Positions 54,301 to 64,000 of a stretch of DNA of 64,000 nucleotides are shown one piece after another. Where the stretch lies: the NCBI GenBank assembly GCA_030141605.1, contig JAQGDQ010000200.1:124001-188000 (forward strand), written 5' to 3'. The translations under genes were made by a program, and so were the position numbers. This stretch comes from Tubiluchus corallicola (taxonomy: Eukaryota; Animalia; Priapulida). Position 1 is the first letter of the stretch. Each line of letters begins with the position of its first letter. The notes beneath the pieces were generated by a model, which did no database searches, was not told the origin of the DNA, and worked only from the letters and a program-made list of their open reading frames with translations.

Positions 54301-57300
54301 ACCACAGCTGTGAGAAGCACCAGAGGCTAACTCACTAAATTTTATGGGCATGATAGATTCGCTATTGTTTCAGGAATACTTTGATATAATAAACTGTTCT
54401 ATACTATTATGCAGTATTTTTGCAACTCCTCTAGCAAAAGGTTGTGTACCACTCTGTATATCTGGGTGAAAAATTGCCACTCTGGTATTATCACTCACCT
54501 GCCGTCTGTATGGAGAAATAATAGCAATATCGGCTCCCTTCACTTTGGGTTGAACATCTCTAGCTTGTAGCAAATCCTCAACGTAATCGACTACAACCTT
54601 AGCCTCGCAAGCATTGAAGAATGAAGGACTGCAACCTTCTCGCTCATCTTGCCCAGAGACACCATGAAAAATCAGTGGAAACCCTAGACGATATGCCAAA
54701 ATGGAGTAAAATATTTTCATAATTTATTTTTGACTTGCCATTCATCAATAAACTATAGAGTGGCAGTAATTCTAAAGTACAAAAAATTTAATGGTTTAGT
54801 TTGCAAAAGCCATAGGCCTATCCCAGAAGGAGATGAGAAAAGAGACGACAAAACAGTGACAAAAAAGCCTTGCATAACATGATATCACCGTACCTCGTCT
54901 TGGCAAGCTCGACCAACGGCAACATGATTCTCGTACACCGAGATCGGCGCAAGTTTGCAGTTCACTATCATAAAACAGCTCACTGGGAACTTTATGAATC
55001 TGAGAATGTGAACGATAATTCATCACCTAAATAGAAAAAAAACATGTATAACTTACGTACTAAGCACTATTATTAAACGGCTTGGGAGTTAAAAATAAAA
55101 AAAATTTTCCACAAAAAGTAAAATGCGGCTAGTGCAAACTTTTCAAAGTTACGAGAAAATTACTTCACTATTTCAAAAGTAGACGATGGATGTCTGCTTA
55201 ATATACATGCACATAGTATTTAATAACATAACTAACAAACACAAAAAATATTTTTTTATTAAACAAATGTAACAAAAATGTAAAGAAATCAGTTATATTT
55301 GCATACTGCTCAACTTTCACACAATTAAACTCATTGATAAGAACTTGAATAAAACAGCAAGCTATTAAAATTACCAATTTAGTAATGAATCGTGAATCGT
55401 AACCACTTTCGGGTCTCTGATACATCTCGCTGTACTTCATCAATCGTTCCAGCAGCGACATCCCTGTATGAAGAACAGTCATAAAATCCTTCTTTATATG
55501 GATGTTACGACTAACAAATTACAAGGTCAAATCACAGCTTATTTACAAAAAAAGGTTTTAAACACATAGAGACTGACAAAAAATTAAATATTTAATTAGT
55601 TGAGAAGCTGAAAAGTTATAAGAAAATAATAAACTCCTGAATTATGTTAAAATATGTTAACTTGAAAAGGCAGTAAGGCGAACCTAGATCACAGTTGATT
55701 GCAAATGGAGAGCGCAACACAGGACCAAGCTGATGAGGATCTCCAGCCAGCACCAGCTGTCCTCCATCTTTGGTATGCCCACTAATGTCAAGAAGAGAAG
55801 CTACAGCGATGACTGCCTCTGGTTCCATGGCGTGGCCGGCTTCATCAATGAACACATGCGTGAAGTGACCTTGTGGAAAGTTTGCTGAAACCAGTCTATT
55901 AAAACTCCCAAAAATTAATATATATAATACTGAAACAACTACAACAAAGCTTATAAGAAACTGTAGCATGATTTGAAAAATTTGCCTACAATATTTAATA
56001 AAATTGTTTCGTAATTCATAATAGATTTTAATATTGTATCAGTCAGGTTGCAATTAGAGGCTCCATTTGGCCAAGAAACTTAAAATGACAAATTACGAAA
56101 TATCAGTTTTTGTTATTATTTCTGTTTGCAGAACACATCTCTTTAGTGCTAAGCACCTTTAAACAGATACGACCTGTATTAACAAAATTATACAGCCATG
56201 TTCACGATCGAGAGTTTTCTGTCTGACTGCAAACTTGCTCGTGTGAACTGCTTTGTGAGTTACTGTCGATAAGAAATTGCACACTCTCAAACAACTGTTG
56301 TGAGCTAATTTTTTGTCTGGTGTTAATGTTTCTGCAAATATACAGTTAGCAGCTCTCATCAGTTTTCACAGCAGATAGAGGTAAGATCTACTTATTGTGA
56401 GAACTTGCGATGGTGCTTACCAGGAAACTTGTTGACAGTTAGCTCATGAGATATGCTCCATGAGTAGTCCACAGCAGTTTTTGCTTTCAAGTGTAAACCC
56501 ACTTACAAGTTTCTTGGTGAGAATATGCTCCAGTCTAAATGAGTCATCAAATCCCCATTTTTTAGAAGAACCTTATTTTTTAATTCAAAGAACATTTTTC
56601 ATAAATTTATTAAAATGATCTACAAAAATATCATTTACAAAATGCTGCATAGTAAATAGCTTACCGGCCTGCTGTGACCATAGTCGTGATCAAAATACGG
56701 TATTTCATCAGTTCAGATAGGCTCGGATAATAAAATTCTTCCCTCATTTTATCATAGTTGCTAACTTTCTGTTAGATGAAAAAAAACAAAAATGATAGAT
56801 ATAAAAATGATATTAAGTTTGCCTTCAAATATGGCTAACTTAAGTAACTTTGGCAACTTTACTTCAACAAATTAGTATTTCATTACGTCCATAAAGTTTT
56901 AGTCTAGTGTTACAGCTCTCCATCTAACTAATGCTTATAAGAAAATGTCGATGAAGAAGTAAATGTCGTTACACTAGCTAATGTAGTAAATTTCCAAGTC
57001 TATAAAGTCAAAGTGCCTCGGGGGTGTAGGGACTAGACCTATTGATGGAAAGAACAAGATCTGAGTTTGAGCCCCAGTTGAGGCACAAAACTTTTTCAGA
57101 CTTTGTAATTTAGTATTCTTTGTGTGTTTAATGGATTACGCCCATGTTAAGTTAACGGCTTTGTGAATCAAACTCAACCTTCAGGAATGTTAGAGAAAAT
57201 AAGTTAGATATTACACCAGTATCAGATGACAGAAGAGCCTCCTTGTTATGCCCCATTTTACAAACTGCACATTTCTTATCTGCATTTGATCGTAATTTAT

Positions 57301-60300
57301 CATATGATGAGTAAAAAATCAATATTAAAATACTAGCACTACACAAAAGGAACTGTAGAACTTCTAGTACTTGTACATTATTTTATATATTTAGTATTGC
57401 CATATCAATACCTTATTATGATTTGTGTTGTTGTAGTGTATTACAACCATGGAACATATGGTAAGCTCTGGTAACAAGCTCTGCATTGCTTTGAATTTAG
57501 CGTGCTTTGACCTAATCAACCTACTAAAATTTTTACATTTTCAACCTAGGCATTAAGTAAGATCATTGCATATTTGCAAGTAATGCATGTAGTGCATTGG
57601 AAATGAAAACTGCAGGCATTTATAAAAACCCTGTTAGTAGCAATGGCAAACTTCCAAAACTTACTATATACTAGTGGTTCTCCGGATAGCCGATTCGTAT
57701 CCGAAAATGGTGATATTCGCGAGATTTTGCAGGTATTCGTATCCAATATTATCCGGTAGTTATAAAAATTTGATATTCGCTATCCGGTTTTTGTGATGTG
57801 CAATTGCAAACGGTTTTCGAATAATCTAACAGCCGAAAATGAATAAATAAAATATTACCACAAAACTTAGAGATCGTTTTAATCTGTTTGTGTTTCAAAT
57901 GAAAATTTTACAAACATTTTTTGTCGTTTGTGTGTGACAATACGGTGTATTTTTGGGCTAGGTCCTTTAAGATGATAGATTAAATGAAAACGCTAAGGTT
58001 TGCAAACATATACTAATTTTTCTATATCCGAACTGATCCGCATATTCGATCCGAAATTAACTGACATATCCGACTATAATCCGAATCCGGAAGTCAATTT
58101 TAGGAAACATTCGATGATATCTGGTATTCACTATCTGGGGTGTATCCGGAGCAACACTACTATATACTACAGCAATCACAAGGTTCCTTAAATTTTGGCA
58201 TAAAAGCGAATTTATACTTGGGCATAACACATGAAAAATGCTTAACATAAGCAACTTAGGCTAAGAATACTCTTACCCGTACAACATCGGGGACGCGGTC
58301 CCAGGGTCGACTCTTAGAATACATACGGAACATCTTGCGAGGTTCAATATGGTTCAGTAATCGATGTACTAATAAATCAGCAGCACTATTAGAGGGGGCA
58401 CACACCAGTATGTGACTCTTTGGTATGCACCGATCCACCTACAAAAGACGATTCAAATTAAGATTTCTACATCTCGGTCAAATTAAGAAGTTTATGCTTT
58501 TGTTTGTAAAACTACAATAAAGCAGTAAACAAAGAAAAATGTTGATACAAAAACAAAATGTTCGGACAGGCATTAACATTTCTCATTATATTGTCACTCA
58601 GACAGCGCATTTTTAACAATGCTGCCCTCTTTCAGCACCACATGTGCTAATGGGCCGCACAGTTGGGAATTCATGTTCGCCCATCAATACCCCTGCGCAA
58701 ATCATCATTGCAACACATACGATTTGCAGCGCATTCATCATATATTGCAACAAAATAAGTAAAAAAACATAAAATTTTGTTTACTTTCGTTTATAAAAAT
58801 GTACGACTTTTACCATTTTCTTCATAACACGAAATAAAAAAATATCAATTGACAAGAAAATTGAGTTTCTTTTGTATAATGAAAACATACAACAATGTAA
58901 AACATATTTGTACGCAAATGAAGAGTACTTTCTAATCGTTCAAGGTCTCATTCCATCTATTGTAGGCACTGAGGCATTAACATTTATTCCCCTAAAGCTA
59001 GATTTTATAGAAGTTGTTGAACCCTTTACTTATTTTAGCTATCCAAGTTGTTTTTGGCTTGCCAGGTGGTTTTTTTGATGGTTTAAGGCATACTTTTAAG
59101 GCGATTCTTACTGATGTTTCTCGTGGTAATCTTATTCCTAATCTTCGAAACTAGACTTTTGAGCTCCAAGGATTTCCTTTCATTCTAGTGCATAAATCTT
59201 CATTTTTGATTATGTGTGGCCATCTTATCTTTAAATCTTTCCTTAGAAGACTTCTAAGAAACTTGTCAATCTGCTTTTCTTGAGTAATTATTAAACTCCA
59301 TATTTCTTAAAAAAGCAAAAAACCTACTACTAAATTATTTTATTTCACTGATCACCTACTAAATACAGCATACCTGTTTGACAGCTTCGACTACAGTCAC
59401 ACTTTTTCCAGTGCCTGGAGGGCCAAAGATTATGTAAGGTGCAGGGCGCGAAGTGCCAGCCACAATGTGCCTGACCGCTCGATACTGTTCTGCATTTTTC
59501 TCAAGTTTACTGTCAAAAAGCCTAAAACAAATGGTAACTAAACAAAAAGGGTGTAAAACATCATTAAGTACAGAGATTTTGATTTATTTTTATTCAACCT
59601 CAACAAATTCTTTTTAGTTGGGTGCTGGTGCTAATAATTTTAAAACAAGGCTTCGCAGAATAGCCATTCCTTTGAGGGAGGCAGGAAACAATCTCAAACA
59701 TAGTTCAAAACAATCTAACCTGTATAATACCAAAAGGGAACACAGATGTTTTTTAAAGAATGACTCATGTGACAGAAAATCTAATTTTGCATTCACGTGG
59801 CTAGTTCTTTGTCATCACATGCTTTTCGTCATATGCTAGTTAGTTCATATATAGCACTAGTGTCTGCATCTTGGGAACGTGTTGCACAAAGAGAGGTGCT
59901 GTACCTCTCTGTTCAGATGTGGTTTAGTTGTGATGTTGAGCACAAGTTCGTAAGCTCATATGTGAGCACAGTGGTAAATTTGAAGTTTAAATTTTTAAAC
60001 TTAAAATTGACAAGTTTTTGTGTATCACCCTAAATGCTCTACTGTATCAGCACACGTCAATTTCTGCGTCCACAAACATGTGCAACGAACTCATGCAGTG
60101 TTTGTGATGCTGAAAATTATATCCAGTTAAGACGTCATCATTAGCTGGACTCGCTTGCCATTAATTAGGTTTTTAACTCATTATTTAATTATCGGAAACT
60201 CTTGGGCATTACTGTAGGTGTTAAAATTTACAATTTTTATCGTACTTCAAAGTGGGAGAGGATACGAAAAACCATACTGTCTTCCTTTAAAGTTAATATC

Positions 60301-63300
60301 TTTTTTCATCTTACTGCTCTTAAAATATGAGAAACGACAAGCTTGTAAACCATTAGATAAACAACAGCATTGAATAGGGTGTTAAACAACTCAACGATGT
60401 TGAAAAACCCATTAAGATGCTACACAAACACCTACGATAACTTATGAGTACCAGTAACAGAATGAAAGGCACAAAAAAATCATCACGACTTACACCAACT
60501 TCTGTTCAGGATTACATATACAGGGCAGGTCTCCTGCAGTTTCTTTGTCAGGAAAAAGCAGGTCGTCTAGTGACTCTTCCTCAGCAAGTTGTACGGCACG
60601 ATGCATGAGGCGAAGCGGAAATCGATTGAACTCAAACCTGACATTAAACTTCATCCCTGCCACAAATTTCTTCATCAAACTAGGATCAAAATAAAATGAG
60701 GGTAACATACGATACGGAAAGCATCATTTGCTTAGTTACAAAGTAGCTAAAAGTGAGTGGAAGCCATCTACAAAATGCCAGTATCAAAAAACTGAATTTC
60801 ATAAAACCAGCACTTACGTATCACTAAAGCCCAGCCATACTTCATCCATACGTACATTATGAACAAACGACTCATACTCATGCTGGTTGTCATTCGCTAT
60901 AGTCACAAAGATTCGATCACCTTTTAGTATTGATGGCCTATTTTCTGCCAGTCCGGGGACCTGTAAAGGGTATGTTGTCATTACATGTACCAATTTTACT
61001 TTTACCAACCGTGTACAATATTATCACTAATCCACAAAACATTGCCAGCTTATGCATCCATGCAGCAATAGAATTACCTTAAAGGATGCCAGCTGTTAAA
61101 GAAAAAGCCATGTTTCTTGGGAAGTTTACTTATTTTAATATCTGAGAAAACGTTAGGCAGTTTCAGCAATAAATTTATGATAAACGCCTGTTATAATTAG
61201 CAAAATCAATTTAAATTCACAATCACTTCACTTTTTTTACTTTTGCTTTTTGATGAATCCCATAGCCCACTATGTAATAAAAACCAGTTATTGACAATAA
61301 TGTAAAAACTTCCAACTCGGCTAGTTAACGCCAGCAAAGAGATTATTTTAACAAGCTAAAACTGAACTCTGTAAGCTTAGTAACCCACCCAGCATCCACT
61401 GTATCCTCAGGGAATTCCATGCATAATTAGTTCTCTGTAATTATTATGTATAGTATTTACATATTTTAAGTATTTACTTTTTGAAAAAATAACCTTCGGC
61501 AGAACAACTAAATTTCTTTTGCATGTTTAAGCAAGGCATTTATTACGCGTATAATACATGGTAATTTCAATATTTCTAAGTGTATATTAAAAGACATCAA
61601 ATGTTGCTCAAGGGTTGGTTTTTTTCTTTAGTGAACTCAAAATGAAGCAGATGAAGTACACTTTGTATATTGATTATTCATTGTTAATTTATAAACCTTT
61701 AATGAATGTTACAATACCTTCAATGCTAAGAGCCTGGGGTTTTGGGCTTTCTTCATGGTAACATTGTGCATGTCATAATTGCGTATATCATAATTCATCT
61801 GAATCTCTTCAATGTGGAGGAGCAAACCAAATCGTTTATTGTAAACATCCATATGCAGCTGATTGAGAAACAGATCCCTGTTATAACAAATTATTACAAT
61901 ATACAAAAATTCAGAATGCGCTTTGATAAGCACGATTTTGCACTTGTACAATTATACTACAAATTAAAGACAAAAACATCGCCTGAAACTTGTGTACTTA
62001 ACAAGCACTAATTCAGCAAACTATGAACCCGCCCTTTGCTTGCTCTCATTCTCGAATAATGGGGTCTTAGCCTTAAGCAGAATCATGTTTTCATTGTTAT
62101 CCAACTTTTTCGCATTTACTGTTTTTCATGTTTGATTTCAAAGTTCAATTAATTATGGGTGTGAACCATAAACAGTTTGATATTGTTTCTGAGAATAACA
62201 CAGTGCTTCATCAATACCTGTAGTTGAATAATGCATCTGATTCCTGGTCTGTAATACCTTGAAATTCTGTAAAGCCGTGATTGGAAAGTTTCTTCAACAC
62301 TGGTGGGATGAAATACAGGTCTAGTCCTATCTTCTGTTTAAGATTATCCTTGTCAGTAGATCTACAAAAATTACATTGCTTGGACTAGAAAACAATTATA
62401 AACATATTTTATACATTTCAGACATTTGGGTTCTTTATTTCTTTACAAAGTGCAAGCAGTTGAATTCTCTAGCTTTCGGATATGCAACAACTTATTTAAG
62501 TAAATATCGAACTTGATAAATAAAAGATGTGTCTGAAAAATGTTTTGCTTCAAAAATAGGCTAAATTTCCACAAAATGACATCCAATCAATTATTGATGA
62601 AAAGCACACGGAATAATTTTTCTAAAGAAATATAAAAAGCAGAATTCTTTTTTATTTAAAACAGCAAATTTCAGAAAAATTCTGTCTGTTATGAAAATAC
62701 AAATACAGTTACGAAAAACCGCAAAAATAAAAAAAATTTTTGTGTAGAAAACATGTATTCATTGTTATTCTGTTAAATTTGTATGCCTTTTGACATGTAG
62801 TCCAAATGTGATTATTACTTAGGAGGAGGCATTCCTTGGACTAGTTTGACACCTGGTTGTTTTATGGCCACTTTATTTGGACTTTTGTAGGGTTCGCTCG
62901 CTTTTAGCAGATTCGTATCCTCATCTTTGCAGTCTAATAATATCTGCCTCAAAATCCAAAACTCAGCTTTCTCGCGTTCAAAGTAAAAGCCAATTGTAGT
63001 TTTGAAAATGCCAACAGTTTTTGGAAAGCACTTGACACCCACTGTGCACTTTGTACCTGTAACGAAAATAGCACTAGATGACAGAGATAAACTTCAGTGA
63101 AAGCGGAACTAGATTAATACTGTATTCAATAAAAACACACAAAAACAGACTAAAAATAGGCATTACCCCAAATGCCAGAGCAGCTGCAGAAGACAGTCTA
63201 CAAACTGAACTTATGATATCATTTAGACCGCCTACAAACTGAACTTATTATGTCACTTAGACTGTCTACAAACTGAATTTATTATATCACTATTATATAG

Positions 63301-63952
63301 TCCGAATGAGAGTATTCATAAAAATAAACATAGAAATTATCAGTCAGTAATGTAAATGGATTTTATAGCGAAATCTTGGACGATTGGTCTCGATTACAGA
63401 TAAACTTCCTGATGCACAAACAAACTTCACTTCCAAAAAAATCATAGATAGCATAAATTAATTAAAATTATGAAGCAATTAGCAAATAAAATGGCAAATC
63501 TTTTCGAATAACTAAGTTGCTGTTTGTTAACTTGATCTAGTAGGATTAGCAGTATTTTTTATAAAATTTCATGTTCTCTTTATGTAAAATTATGCAAGGC
63601 CAAACTAGGCTAAGCTTGATGCTTCAGAAGCATTTTTTTTCTGGACCTCAAAGCAGGCGAGGAGCTAAAAAACACGGGCATGGTTTTTTCACATAAATAT
63701 ATTTGATGAAATGACTCTTGAAACTAACTAAACAAATTTCAACACTACATCTGTGAAGCTCAGAATCATTAGCAGACAGTCGCAAAACTGAAATGAAGAC
63801 AAGAACCATGTTGGCATTCAGCATTTACATTAAGGTATTTAGCAAATTTTATAAACCAGTAATGTAAACTTACGTGGTGCAATAACTGCCGTTTGTTCTG
63901 CAATTGAAATTTCGTCACATTTTTCTAACAATCCACAACCCAACAAAATCAC
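48365..63952 (-). CDS. MOV10: MOV10 UPF1-like SF1 RNA helicase, 17 exons in window (about 812 aa), 5' end beyond right edge
   Basis: Exons (minus): 63952-63874, 63056-62819, 62361-62218, 61877-61718, 60960-60818, 60679-60494, 59521-59374, 58438-58277, 56768-56665, 55895-55684, 55463-55375, 55026-54894, 54683-54499, 52941-52765, 51502-51414, 50139-50024, 48438-48365 (TAG); all phases are compatible. Motifs: [17 protein letters not shown], Walker [63 protein letters not shown], and a MOV10-type C-terminus EEPQWRDEA. Confidence 0.95.
49725..49935. repeat. 117-bp tandem duplication in the last MOV10 intron
   Basis: CACTCCGAAACAAATTTAGAGGTTCTTCGGCAGCAG recurs at a 117-bp spacing. Confidence 0.9.
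57013..57086 (+). pseudogene. tRNA-like sequence (SINE head or tRNA pseudogene)
   Basis: 74 nt bounded by 7-bp stem GTGCCTC/GAGGCAC; T-arm-like CTGAG-TTTGAGC-CCCAG; D and anticodon arms are non-canonical. Confidence 0.45.
57672..58159. mobile_element. hAT-type MITE in a MOV10 intron
   Basis: TIRs TAGTGGTTCTCCGGATA / TATCCGGAGCAACACTA; exact 8-bp TSD CTATATAC (57664-57671 and 58160-58167); subterminal ATCCG/ATTCG repeats. Confidence 0.85.
59675..60286 (-). mobile_element. Kolobok-like MITE, diverged copy D in a MOV10 intron
   Basis: Ends TACTGTCTTCCT|TTAA; internal blocks align by eye with copy C; left end approximate. Confidence 0.6.
63196..63291. repeat. 34-bp tandem repeat, 3 copies
   Basis: CTACAAACTGAA recurs three times. 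Confidence 0.85.
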
Positions 63953-64000
63953 CTGAAACAGAGAAAAGAAATAAGAACGCTTTCGTAACTCATCAAAGCA

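Noticed and set aside
57013-57086. Functional tRNA gene
   Set aside because: D-arm, anticodon arm and T-loop are non-canonical; kept only as a tRNA-like relic.

Overview
AT-rich, intron-rich animal (probably invertebrate bilaterian) genomic DNA. Right half: a complete 15-exon ATRIP gene (+, 35234-47308, about 735 aa) lies tail-to-tail with 17 exons of a MOV10 RNA helicase gene (-, 48365-63952; its 5' end is outside the window). Left half: the first two coding exons of a Src-family kinase (-; MGNC start, then the 100-nt SH3 exon). The expected next Src exon was not found in the 11.6 kb that follow. That interval instead holds a tandemly duplicated NRF1/RFX promoter-plus-exon cassette and a chain of phase-compatible orphan exons whose frame is broken by a single TAG. 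The rest is transposon-rich: TTAA-flanked Kolobok-like MITEs, hAT-like MITEs (one nested three deep), a 1-kb foldback, LINE remnants, tRNA-derived SINE heads, a probable solo LTR, a 40-bp minisatellite and many microsatellites. All gene models were read by hand from splice signals and phase; no database searches were run.
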